Shown here: piece by piece, positions 1-8,355 of the stretch
How the letters are laid out: every line of letters starts with the position of its first letter
How positions within the stretch are numbered: position 1 is the stretch's first letter
Notes under the pieces: generated by a model
The model's database searches: none
The model's input: only the letters and a program-made list of their open reading frames with translations
Told to the model about the DNA's origin: nothing
From: Azospirillum brasilense
Lineage (GTDB): Bacteria > Pseudomonadota > Alphaproteobacteria > Rickettsiales > UBA3002
Direction: 5' to 3'
NCBI GenBank assembly: GCA_003241645.1
Contig: QFOX01000002.1
Span: forward strand, 1,459 to 65,458
DNA: 64,000 bases
Position numbers and translations under genes: made by a program

Positions 1-177
1 CAGAACCTGGATGCGGATGGGCTGAACCTGCTGCATTCACTCATGCAAACGCGAAGCGAGCAGGGCGGCATCATCATGCTGGCCAGCCATGTGCCGCTGG
101 AAGGTGAGCGGGTGCGCCAGCTGGACCTGAATACACTCACGCAGCAGGGAGGGATTGATGATCTCCATGCTCACTAG
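1..177 (+). CDS. ccmA: Heme-exporter ABC ATPase CcmA, C-terminal fragment (5' end outside window)
   Basis: Frame 1 is open from base 1 to TAG at 175-177. The translation ...GGIIMLASHVPLEGERVRQLDL... resembles the C-terminal end of an ABC ATPase. It overlaps the start of a CcmB-like gene, the usual ccmA-ccmB arrangement. The call rests mainly on context. Confidence 0.55.
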   Translation, partial: QNLDADGLNLLHSLMQTRSEQGGIIMLASHVPLEGERVRQLDLNTLTQQGGIDDLHAH

Positions 178-802
178 AGAGTTAAATTGTTACTTTAAGA
201 GTTTCAAGGAAATAATTGTAATATCAATGTTATTTCTAAGCATAACCTTGGTGGCGCCGTTCACGTTCAGTGCCCAGGCCGGGCTGCCGGATGGGGTGGC
301 GGGGGCCATGCTGTGGGTGGCGTTGCTGTGCGCCGTGCAAATGGGGGCCAGCCAAAGCTGGCAGCGCCACGCCGAATCGGGTGAGCTGGAACTGCTGCCG
401 CTGCTGCCATGGATGCTGGAATCCACCGTGATGGCCAAAAGCCTAGCATTCTATCTGGTGCTCATGCTGCAGCTCGCCATCATCCTGCCGGTGGCGGGGC
501 TGTGGCTGGGGCTTAGCAGCGGGCAGTGGGGGCAGGTGCTGCTGGGGCTGGCTGCGGGCGGGCTTGGGCTCACATTCCTGTGTCAGATGGCCGCAGGCCT
601 CATGGCGGGATACCGCAAAACCGGGGCGCTGATGGGGCTGATCGTGCTGCCATTCGCGCTGCCGATCCTGATATTCGGCGCGGGCTATACGGCGCAAAGT
701 GAATTGTGGAGCGAGCATCTGGTGTTCATGGTCAGTTACGCCATTTTCCTGTGGCCGCTGCATTGCTTCGCGGTGGCGGCCAGCCTGCGCAATGGCCATT
801 AG
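158..802 (+). CDS. ccmB: Heme exporter membrane protein CcmB
   Basis: Polytopic membrane protein of about 214 aa. The block ...MLWVALLCAVQMGASQSWQRHAESGELELLPLLP... is typical of CcmB. The track ORF begins at a TTG (155); the first ATG is at 158. Confidence 0.8.
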   Translation: MISMLTRELNCYFKSFKEIIVISMLFLSITLVAPFTFSAQAGLPDGVAGAMLWVALLCAVQMGASQSWQRHAESGELELLPLLPWMLESTVMAKSLAFYLVLMLQLAIILPVAGLWLGLSSGQWGQVLLGLAAGGLGLTFLCQMAAGLMAGYRKTGALMGLIVLPFALPILIFGAGYTAQSELWSEHLVFMVSYAIFLWPLHCFAVAASLRNGH

Positions 803-982
803 CCATTGAGAGTGTCTGCAGGGCGCACGACGAAACCCAAGGAAACCTGCCATATCACCCATCCATCTCTTGTCGCATAATATGTATTATGGAAAATTGG
901 GATGGGCTAATCGAACCATATATCGAACCATATAGGTTTCTTACGTCGCACCCGGCAAAGCTTGGGTTCCACGGGGGTATCC

Positions 983-1345
983 ATGAGCAACCAAGTCTTT
1001 CGTTCTTTCAACAATTCCTGCAACGGCCTGAAGACCGCCTGGCGCGAGGATCATTCCTTCCGCAACGCGGCCATCCAGTGCGCGGTCGCGTTCATCGTCG
1101 CCACCGGCATGTATTTCACGCACCATATCGGCATCTTCTATTGGCTGATCCTCATTGGCGCGATCATGCCCATTCTGATCGTTGAGACCATCAACACCGC
1201 CATTGAAGCCGTGACCGACAAAGCCAGCCCCGAACGCCACCCGCTGGCCAAAAAAGCCAAGGATATCGGCAGTGCTGCGGTGCTGTTGACCCGCGTGTAT
1301 GCGGTGCTGTGCTGGGCGGTGGTGCTGGTGAAACAGTGGGTCTAG
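983..1345 (+). CDS. dgkA: Diacylglycerol kinase (prokaryotic DgkA family)
   Basis: About 120 aa with three hydrophobic segments. Contains ...FRNAAIQCAVAFIV... and ...ILIVETINTAIEAVTDKASPERHPLAKKAKDIGSAAV..., the DAGK_prokar signature. ATG at 983 is preceded by GGGGG; the track start at 962 is TTG. Confidence 0.85.
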   Translation: MSNQVFRSFNNSCNGLKTAWREDHSFRNAAIQCAVAFIVATGMYFTHHIGIFYWLILIGAIMPILIVETINTAIEAVTDKASPERHPLAKKAKDIGSAAVLLTRVYAVLCWAVVLVKQWV

Positions 1346-1740
1346 CGGGCTAATTCGGCGGCTGCGCCCTGCTCTGCGCTGCGTTGTTGCTCCAGTTTCT
1401 CAGCGAACGAACGCGTCATGACTGGGGCGGCATGCGGCACGCCAGCGGGTGTGCCGGCCTCCGCCTTCGCGGCTAGCTGGTTGGCCTGCTCAGCTGCTTT
1501 GTAGGCCTTCGGCGCCGTAAATAATGCAGAACATGCGCCGAAAATGGCGATGTCCCATTTCAGGTTGCTGGGCGAGAACACGGCCTTTGCCGCCGCGGCC
1601 AAGGGCGTTTTCAGCACCACGGTGCGTACGGCCGTTTCCGCGAGCGACCAGCCCACCGTCCACACGGCGGTTTCTTTCACCGCGGCTTTGGTGGCTTCCC
1701 ATACGGGGTTTTTCGGGGTCGGTGTGGTTGCATCGCTCAT
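1342..1740 (-). CDS. Hypothetical protein (Ala-rich, one or two hydrophobic segments)
   Basis: 132-aa ORF with coding-like composition. Its stop overlaps the dgkA stop region. No motif recognised. Confidence 0.45.
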   Translation of the reverse strand: MSDATTPTPKNPVWEATKAAVKETAVWTVGWSLAETAVRTVVLKTPLAAAAKAVFSPSNLKWDIAIFGACSALFTAPKAYKAAEQANQLAAKAEAGTPAGVPHAAPVMTRSFAEKLEQQRSAEQGAAAELAR

Positions 1741-1783
1741 CCATGCACTATATCCGGTTCGGCCACGCCCTAATGTGACGCTT

Positions 1784-2602
1784 TTATGAATCCTGCACCG
1801 TTACCATCCCGCTGGCCGACACATGAATGCGCATGCCGTCATACGCGGCGATCACGCCGGGTGGCAATTGGGCGCTGAGCGTGTGGTATTCCAGCTCATG
1901 GGCCATATGGGTCAGCACGGCCAGCTTAGGCTTGTGCCGCGTGATCCAGCATAGCGCCTGCTCCAGATGCGCATGGGTCGGCGCTGGCTCGTAGCGCAAA
2001 CAATCCACAACCCAAACATCAAGCTTATCAAGAAGTTGAAGCGATTGTTCGGGGTAGTTATTCACATCCGGCGAATAGGCAATATTTTCAACGCGATAGC
2101 CATAACTCTTCTGCCATCCATGGTTCTGCAAGAACGTTAGAAAATCTAAATTACCTACTGAAAATGATGAATATTCATCTATCTCTTGAAGTTCCAGTGA
2201 AGGACGAAACCAGACCTTATCCTGTGCCGGAGCATGAAACGCGTAATGAAAGCGCTGGGTGAGTTCCTGCGCCACTTCCGCCGGCGCATAAACAGGCAGC
2301 GCCCCGCCCCGGTGGAAGTTGAATGCCCGCGCGTCGTCCAGCCCGTGGCAATGGTCGGCATGGGCATGGGTGTAGAGAATAGCATCCACGGTCGCGAGGT
2401 TGGCGCGCAACGCCTGTTGGCGCAAATCGGGGCTGGTATCGACCAGCACGGTCTGGCCCGCCCCCTCGATCAGGATGGACGAACGCGTGCGGTGGTTGCG
2501 CGGGTCGGGCGAGCGGCAGGTGGCGCATTGGCAGCCGATCAGCGGCACCCCGCCGGAAGCCCCGCAGCCCAGAATGGTAAGGGTGATGTCATGTGCAGGC
2601 AT
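1784..2602 (-). CDS. MBL-fold metallo-hydrolase (PhnP-like)
   Basis: The HxHxDH motif (THAHADHCHGLDD) follows an N-terminal TILGCGASGGVP block. Sits next to tatD and metG, as in many alphaproteobacteria. Confidence 0.85.
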   Translation of the reverse strand: MPAHDITLTILGCGASGGVPLIGCQCATCRSPDPRNHRTRSSILIEGAGQTVLVDTSPDLRQQALRANLATVDAILYTHAHADHCHGLDDARAFNFHRGGALPVYAPAEVAQELTQRFHYAFHAPAQDKVWFRPSLELQEIDEYSSFSVGNLDFLTFLQNHGWQKSYGYRVENIAYSPDVNNYPEQSLQLLDKLDVWVVDCLRYEPAPTHAHLEQALCWITRHKPKLAVLTHMAHELEYHTLSAQLPPGVIAAYDGMRIHVSASGMVTVQDS

Positions 2603-2681
2603 GCCCCGAGCTTAGGCACCGGCCCGATAAAAATCCAAGTGGAATAAGAGATTCCTAACCATTGCGCGCTACGCTGGGCTC

Positions 2682-3278
2682 ATGCGTGTGCTCGTTTGCC
2701 TACTATTGCTGGCCGGTGCTGGTTACTGGGGTTGGTCCCACTACGTGAATGTGGTGACCTACCCGCCGGGCGTGCGGGTGGCCGCATTGCCCAGCCAGCT
2801 GCCCACCAGCAAAGCGCCGTGGATGAAGGGCGAATACCGCATGACCCCCCTCGCCAGCTTTTCGCTGGATGCCAAACTGCTTAGCCGCAAACGCTACAGC
2901 GACCGCGGGGCCGAGATCGCGCCGATCGACCTCGCCCTTGGCTGGCGCGCGCTGTCCGACCAGGCGGTGGTGGACCAGCTTCGCATCAGCCAGGTGATGC
3001 GGTTCTGGCAATGGCGCACCCGCGGCAACAGTTGGCCCGCGCCACGCGCCGAGATCGAATCGGGCGGCTCGAACATGCATATCATTCCTGCGAATGCGGT
3101 GGTCGAAGACGCGATCATGGCCTTCAAGCGCGGCGAGATCGTGCATCTCGAGGGGTATCTGGTGCGGGTGGATGGGCCGAACGGCTTCCAATGGAACAGT
3201 TCGCTGAGCCGCAGCGATACGGGCAATGGCGCCTGCGAGCTGTTCTGGGTGGAGCGCGCAGCGCCCTCTCCCCGTTAA
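2682..3278 (+). CDS. Hypothetical exported or membrane-anchored protein
   Basis: 198 aa with an N-terminal hydrophobic segment MRVLVCLLLLAGAGYWGW. C-terminal block ...SSLSRSDTGNGACELFWVE.... No family assigned. Confidence 0.55.
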   Translation: MRVLVCLLLLAGAGYWGWSHYVNVVTYPPGVRVAALPSQLPTSKAPWMKGEYRMTPLASFSLDAKLLSRKRYSDRGAEIAPIDLALGWRALSDQAVVDQLRISQVMRFWQWRTRGNSWPAPRAEIESGGSNMHIIPANAVVEDAIMAFKRGEIVHLEGYLVRVDGPNGFQWNSSLSRSDTGNGACELFWVERAAPSPR

Positions 3279-4051
3279 ACGGGCGTTACCTTGCTGAATA
3301 AGCGATAGAAATTCTGGGTGGTCGCGGCGATGACCTCCGCCTCGCTCACGCCTTTGACCTGCGCCAGTGTGCGTGCGGTAATGGCGGTAAAGGCCGGCTC
3401 GCAGGGTTTGCCGCGGTGCGGCTCGGGCGCGAGGTACGGCGCATCGGTTTCCACCAGCAGTCGGTCCAGCGGCACGTCGCGCACGGCGTCGCGCAGTGCC
3501 TGTGCCTTTTTGAAGGTGAGAATGCCGGAGCAGGAAATGTATCCACCTAATTTCAATGATTCTTCAGATAGATATTTCGTTGAGCTAAAGCAATGGATAA
3601 GGAAGCGGAACGGCCCGTTCGCATGTTCTTCCTGTAGAAGTTCAACCGTTTCCTCATCCGCATCGCGGCTATGGACGATCACCGGCAGGTCCAGCTGCCG
3701 GGCCACGCGGATGTGCCGGCGGAACAGCTCGCGCTGGATGGCGCGGGGGCTGTGCTCATAATAATAATCCAACCCCGTTTCACCAATGCCGATGACCTTG
3801 GGGTGGTTGGCTTCGGCCAGCAATTCCGCCTCACTGATGTCCTCGTGCGGCTCTGCCTCGTGCGGGTGCACGCCGATGGAGCAATAGATCTCGGCAAACC
3901 CCTCGGAAAGCGCCTTTACCTGCGGAAAATCCGCCCGTTTGGTGGCGATGGTCTGGAACAGGCCCACCCCGGACTGTTTCGCGCGTGCAATAATGCCCAA
4001 CGTATCGGCAAGCTCAGGGTAGTTTAAATGACAATGGGAGTCGACAAGCAT
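3275..4051 (-). CDS. tatD: TatD-family metal-dependent hydrolase/DNase
   Basis: MLVDSHCHLNYPE start (HxH motif). Internal GIGETGLDYYY, VIVHSRDA and LVETDAPYLAP blocks. Start chosen at the ATG at 4051 rather than the track start at 4090. Confidence 0.9.
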   Translation of the reverse strand: MLVDSHCHLNYPELADTLGIIARAKQSGVGLFQTIATKRADFPQVKALSEGFAEIYCSIGVHPHEAEPHEDISEAELLAEANHPKVIGIGETGLDYYYEHSPRAIQRELFRRHIRVARQLDLPVIVHSRDADEETVELLQEEHANGPFRFLIHCFSSTKYLSEESLKLGGYISCSGILTFKKAQALRDAVRDVPLDRLLVETDAPYLAPEPHRGKPCEPAFTAITARTLAQVKGVSEAEVIAATTQNFYRLFSKVTPV

Positions 4052-4075
4052 GGAATGATTCGTACTATAGCATTT

Positions 4076-4522
4076 ATGAAATTCGAACAAAAATTGCTGC
4101 TTAGCCTGATTTTTGCGATTTCCTCGTCAGCTGCGTGGGCTGCGGGCCAGTTCGGTTCATTCGGCGCGGTCGAAGGCCGTTACCTCACCAAACATGCCGT
4201 GAGCAGTTTCAGCAAAGGCGAAACGCGCGTGTTCGACACATTGCAGCTAAGCCACGAGCTTGGAAAATACAGCATCGCCCTGACCTTGCACTTTGATTAT
4301 GACGTGAAATGTGAACTGGAAGGCAGCACCAGCCTGAGCGAGAGCGGCAGTAAGACCGTTCTCACCTATACCGACGAGGATGCGTGCAGCCTGCAACTGC
4401 TGGTGGATGATACGGAAATTACCGTGTCCGACCCCGAACATAGCTGCGCCAGCTATTGCGGCATGGGCGGTACGTTCGACGGGGCAAGCTTCAGCCGCGC
4501 CGGTCGCCTGCCGTTGCAATAA
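4076..4522 (+). CDS. Hypothetical secreted Cys-containing protein
   Basis: MKFEQKLLLSLIFAISSSAAWA signal-peptide-like N-terminus starting at the ATG at 4076. GC is lower than the flanks. No homology recognised. Confidence 0.5.
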   Translation: MKFEQKLLLSLIFAISSSAAWAAGQFGSFGAVEGRYLTKHAVSSFSKGETRVFDTLQLSHELGKYSIALTLHFDYDVKCELEGSTSLSESGSKTVLTYTDEDACSLQLLVDDTEITVSDPEHSCASYCGMGGTFDGASFSRAGRLPLQ

Positions 4523-4523
4523 G

Positions 4524-4775
4524 TTAGCGCCGCCGGTCGTTGCGGTGCAGGAAGAAGCGCACCTGCCGTTCGGCGGTGCCGACCAGGCTGAACAGGATCA
4601 CCCAGAACAGCACCGCCACCCCAAGGGTAATGACCAGGCTCGGCTCTTCTGGAATGCGCAAGGATTCCGCCCAGCTCTGGCTGTTCAGGCGGGCCAGCAA
4701 CCATTCGGCCGGCAGCAGGAAATAATGCAGCAAAAGCCCAAGGAACGCGCCAAGAAAGGCTTTGACCTGTTCCAT
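4524..4775 (-). CDS. Small hypothetical membrane protein (2 TM)
   Basis: 83 aa with two hydrophobic helices and a basic C-terminus. Lies immediately downstream of metG (4-nt gap). Confidence 0.4.
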   Translation of the reverse strand: MEQVKAFLGAFLGLLLHYFLLPAEWLLARLNSQSWAESLRIPEEPSLVITLGVAVLFWVILFSLVGTAERQVRFFLHRNDRRR

Positions 4776-4778
4776 GGC

Positions 4779-6332
4779 TTACGCCGCCTCTTCCACCACA
4801 AGGCGCGGGAACACACCCTCGGGCTTGGGCAATGGCGTGCCCGGCTTCAGGGCAAATTCCGCCGTTAAGTGTTTGAACAGGCGCTGGTCCTTCGGCACGG
4901 CGAGCTGGTCGAGCAGCTTCTCTGCCGCGCCGGGGGTGAAGGGCTGCAGCATGATGGCAATGCAGCGGATGGATTCGGCGAGGTAATACAGCACCGATTC
5001 CATGCGGGCGGGGTTTTCCTTCTTCAGCTTCCACGGGGCTTCGCGGTCGATGTATTCGTTGGCGCTGCTGGCCATGGCGAGGATGGCCCCGGTCACCTCA
5101 CCGAATTTGCAGCGCTGCATCTGCTCGCGCGCCGAGGTGGGCGTGCCCGAATTGGTCACCCGCACCAGCTCCATCAGGGCCGTGTCGGCCTCGGTCAGGG
5201 TGGCGGTGTCGTTGTTCGGCACGTTGCCGTCGCAGTTCTTGGCGATCATGCTCAGCGTGCGCTGCGCCAGATTGCCGATGTTATTGGCGAGGTCGGCGTT
5301 GATGCGGTCGAACATGGCCTGGCGGCTGAAATTGCCATCCGAGCCGAAGGGCACTTCGCGCAGCAGGAAATAGCGGGTCTGGTCCAGCCCGTAGCGCTCC
5401 ACAAGGTGGGTGGGCGACACCACGTTGCCGAGCGATTTACTCATTTTTTCGCCTTCGATGGTCCACCAGCCATGCGCAAAAATGCGCTGCGGCACGGGCA
5501 ATTTCGCGCTCATGAGGAAGGCGGGCCAATACACGGCGTGGAACCGCACGATGTCCTTGCCCACCATGTGCAGCCCGGCGGGCCAGAATTTCTGGTATTC
5601 GGGCGATTGCTGGTCGGGGTAGCCCACGGCGGTGAGGTAGTTGGTCAGCGCATCCAGCCACACATACATGATGTGTTTCTCGTCGCCGGGTACGGGCACG
5701 CCCCATTTGAACGTGGTGCGCGAAATGGACAAATCGTGCAGGCCGCCTTCGACAAAGCGCATGATCTCGTTGCGGCGCGATTCCGGCAGGATGAAATCCG
5801 GGTGGGCCTTGTAATAATCCAGCAGCGGCTGCTGGTATTTGCTGAGTTTGAAGAAGTAGCTCGGCTCCTCCACCCATTCCACTTCGGCGCCGGTGGGGGC
5901 TTTGCCCTCCACCAGTTCGGATTCGGCGTAGAACGCTTCGTCGCGCACCGAATACCAGCCGGAATAGCTGCCCAGATAGATGTCGCCGCTGGCTTCCAGC
6001 GCCTTCCACATGGCTTGTGCTGCCGCGATGTGGCGCGGCTGCGTGGTGCGAATGAAATCGTCGTTGCTCAGCTCCAGCACCTCGTTCATGTGGCGGAAAT
6101 GCTCCGACACTTCGTCCACGAAGTCATGCGGCGGCACGCCGGCATTCTTGGCGGATTTCTCGACCTTCTGGCCGTGTTCGTCGGTGCCGGTGAGGAATTT
6201 CACCTCGGCCCCGTCCAGCCGCATGAAGCGCGCCAGCGCATCGCACGCCACGCTGGTGTAGGCATGGCCGAGATGCGGCTTGTCGTTCACGTAATAGATG
6301 GGGGTGGTGATGTAATAACTGTCGGTGCTCAT
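4779..6332 (-). CDS. metG: Methionine--tRNA ligase
   Basis: Class I synthetase motifs: HIGH-type (PHLGHAYTSV) and KMSKS (EKMSKSLGN). 517 aa. Confidence 0.95.
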   Translation of the reverse strand: MSTDSYYITTPIYYVNDKPHLGHAYTSVACDALARFMRLDGAEVKFLTGTDEHGQKVEKSAKNAGVPPHDFVDEVSEHFRHMNEVLELSNDDFIRTTQPRHIAAAQAMWKALEASGDIYLGSYSGWYSVRDEAFYAESELVEGKAPTGAEVEWVEEPSYFFKLSKYQQPLLDYYKAHPDFILPESRRNEIMRFVEGGLHDLSISRTTFKWGVPVPGDEKHIMYVWLDALTNYLTAVGYPDQQSPEYQKFWPAGLHMVGKDIVRFHAVYWPAFLMSAKLPVPQRIFAHGWWTIEGEKMSKSLGNVVSPTHLVERYGLDQTRYFLLREVPFGSDGNFSRQAMFDRINADLANNIGNLAQRTLSMIAKNCDGNVPNNDTATLTEADTALMELVRVTNSGTPTSAREQMQRCKFGEVTGAILAMASSANEYIDREAPWKLKKENPARMESVLYYLAESIRCIAIMLQPFTPGAAEKLLDQLAVPKDQRLFKHLTAEFALKPGTPLPKPEGVFPRLVVEEAA

Positions 6333-6757
6333 TGGATCTCTGCTTTTAAAAGTCGGATACGTTCGTGGGTGTGTTCAAGCTGGCAGATCAGGTTGGCGGT
6401 GTTCGCGCCGCTGCCGCCGGTGTAGCCGTAATACACGCGGTCGCAATCCGCGTCGCGATAGGCGGTGAAGGCCGCGTGGCTGGCTTTCAGCTTCGCTTCC
6501 TGCACCGCGAACATGGAATCGGGTTCATCGGCACGCATGCTTGCGTCGGTGTCGCGCGCCGCGGCAAGCTGTTCATTCATGAATGCATCCAATGCGCCTT
6601 GTTCGGCCTTCAGCTTGCCGCTCAGGCAGTCATTTACATCGAGATTCGTGGCGTTCGGCGCATCCACACAGGCGCGCCACAGCGATTCCTGCGCGTTCGC
6701 GCTGGTAGCGAACATCAGGCAGAACAGTACAGTGAACAGGTAGGGTGTTGCGCGCAT
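6329..6757 (-). CDS. DUF1311/LprI-like periplasmic protein
   Basis: Signal peptide MRATPYLFTVLFCLMFATSANA. Cys-containing helical repeats ...AFTAYRDADCDRVY...ICQLEHTHERIRLLK typical of DUF1311. ATGA overlap with metG. Confidence 0.65.
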   Translation of the reverse strand: MRATPYLFTVLFCLMFATSANAQESLWRACVDAPNATNLDVNDCLSGKLKAEQGALDAFMNEQLAAARDTDASMRADEPDSMFAVQEAKLKASHAAFTAYRDADCDRVYYGYTGGSGANTANLICQLEHTHERIRLLKAEIQ

Positions 6758-6809
6758 AGGTCCAGCCTTGGTGAGTGAGGCACCGTTGTGCCACCGGCGG
6801 TGGGTGCGG

Positions 6810-7964
6810 TCAAGCAGCGGCTGGGAATTGCTGGGTCAGCCGCGCGGGGTCCAGCATCAGCCGCACGGTGGTGCGCTTGTCGAGGTTGTAGGTATCCGTC
6901 AGGTGAATGAGGCTGCGCGCCGAGGCCATCCAGTTCTGGCGGGCGGCAAAGCCGCTGCTGCTGGCGATGGCGGCGATGAGTTCGGCATCACCCCGGAAAA
7001 TGGGCTGCGCATCGTTCTGGTGCGGATAGAGGCTGATGCGGTGCATGGCCGTATCCCACGCATGTAGCAGCATGGCCCAGCCCTCGGGCGATTTGATGGC
7101 AGCCGCACTGTCGGTGAATTTGGCGCGCTGGCTATCGGTGGCGTTTGGGGCCAGCGCCTTCAGCCAGCCCTGGTAATGCGCCAGCGTGTCGTGCTTATGC
7201 AGGGTGATGGCAAGGCCCGGCGAGCCCTGCGCCAGCGCATAGAGCGCGGCATAGTCCGTCACCTCGATATGCGGGGCGACGGTGTTGAGTACCCTCTCGA
7301 AGGATGGGCGGTCGGGCACATCCAGCAGGAACTGGCGGCAGCGCGAACGGATGGTGGGCAGGATCGCCCCCGGCTCGTGGCACACCAGCAGCAGCAGGGC
7401 CTGCGCGGGCGGCTCTTCCATGATCTTCAGCAGCGCGTTGGCGGCGTTGTTGTTCAGTTGGTCCACCGCATCCACGATCACCACGCGCCATGCGCCCTCG
7501 GCGGGTGTCAGGCTCATGAAGCTGGGCACTTTGCGTGCCTCCTCCACCGAGATCTGGGATTTTTCGGTCTGCTTCTTGGGGTCGTAGGCGGGGCTAAGGC
7601 TCAACAAATCGGTGTGCGAGCCGCCCGCAATGCGCCGGAACAGCGGATCATCCGCGCCCATCTGCATGCCGTGGCTGGGTGCCGCCGGGGCGCTGGGTTC
7701 GGGCGCATCGCCGAATAGCGAGAAGCCGCCCTGCTCTTCCTGCGACGGTGCGGCAGCGCTCAGCGCGCCTTGCGAGAGGATATAGCGCGCCATGCGGTAC
7801 GCGAACGTGGCCTTGCCGATGCCTTTCGGCCCGGTGATGAGGTAGGCGTGGTGCAGGCGGCCCGCATCAAAATCCTGCTGGAAACGGGCTTGCGCCGCGT
7901 CGTGCCCGAACAGGTCGGGGTTCTCACGCGGCGGCAGAATCTGTAATTCGTCCTTCTTGGCCAT
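6810..7964 (-). CDS. holB: DNA polymerase III subunit delta'
   Basis: AAA+ clamp-loader features: HAYLITGPKGIGKATFAY (Walker A-like), VVIVDAVDQLN, and the SRC motif (TIRSRCRQF). Start taken at the ATG at 7964; the track start at 7988 is GTG and would overlap the upstream gene. Confidence 0.85.
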   Translation of the reverse strand: MAKKDELQILPPRENPDLFGHDAAQARFQQDFDAGRLHHAYLITGPKGIGKATFAYRMARYILSQGALSAAAPSQEEQGGFSLFGDAPEPSAPAAPSHGMQMGADDPLFRRIAGGSHTDLLSLSPAYDPKKQTEKSQISVEEARKVPSFMSLTPAEGAWRVVIVDAVDQLNNNAANALLKIMEEPPAQALLLLVCHEPGAILPTIRSRCRQFLLDVPDRPSFERVLNTVAPHIEVTDYAALYALAQGSPGLAITLHKHDTLAHYQGWLKALAPNATDSQRAKFTDSAAAIKSPEGWAMLLHAWDTAMHRISLYPHQNDAQPIFRGDAELIAAIASSSGFAARQNWMASARSLIHLTDTYNLDKRTTVRLMLDPARLTQQFPAAA

Positions 7965-7966
7965 GG

Positions 7967-8260
7967 CTAAGCTGTAATGCTTTCCCACAGATCATGCCAG
8001 TGCGGATTTTTCGATTCGATGAGCGCCATTTTTTGTTGGCGTTTGTACTTCTTCAATCGCTTCTCACGATGGATCGCTTGGGCCATTTCCTCATGGATTT
8101 CGTAATATACCAGCATTGTTACATCATGCGTATGGGTAAAGCCCGGCAGCAGATGTTCGCGATGCTGGTAGATGCGTTGCACAAGATTGGAGGTGACGCC
8201 TACATACAAGGTGCCGTGCCGGCGGCTGGCGAGGATGTAGGTGGCGATGCACTCTTTCAT
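7967..8260 (-). CDS. Stand-alone GIY-YIG nuclease-domain protein
   Basis: 97 aa. YILASRRHGTLYVGVTSNLVQRIYQHRE carries the GIY...YVG/YIG motif plus downstream R and E residues (..IHREKRLKKYKR..). Confidence 0.85.
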   Translation of the reverse strand: MKECIATYILASRRHGTLYVGVTSNLVQRIYQHREHLLPGFTHTHDVTMLVYYEIHEEMAQAIHREKRLKKYKRQQKMALIESKNPHWHDLWESITA

Positions 8261-8355
8261 GTCATTCCCCGAGTTTGCGTGAGCAAACTATAGGGGAATC
8301 CAAATGAATCCAAGATGGATCGCCCTATAATCGCTAACGCGATTCGGGCGATGAC
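8261..8355. repeat. Paired GTCAT-hairpin element (two inverted units)
   Basis: Unit 1, 8261-8301: GTCATTCCCCGAGTTTGCGTGAGCAAACTATAGGGGAATCC. Unit 2, 8317-8355, read on the other strand: GTCATCGCCCGAATCGCGTTAGCGATTATAGGGCGATCC. Both have the same nested-hairpin architecture. Unit 2 overlaps the last codons and the stop of tmk. Confidence 0.6.
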
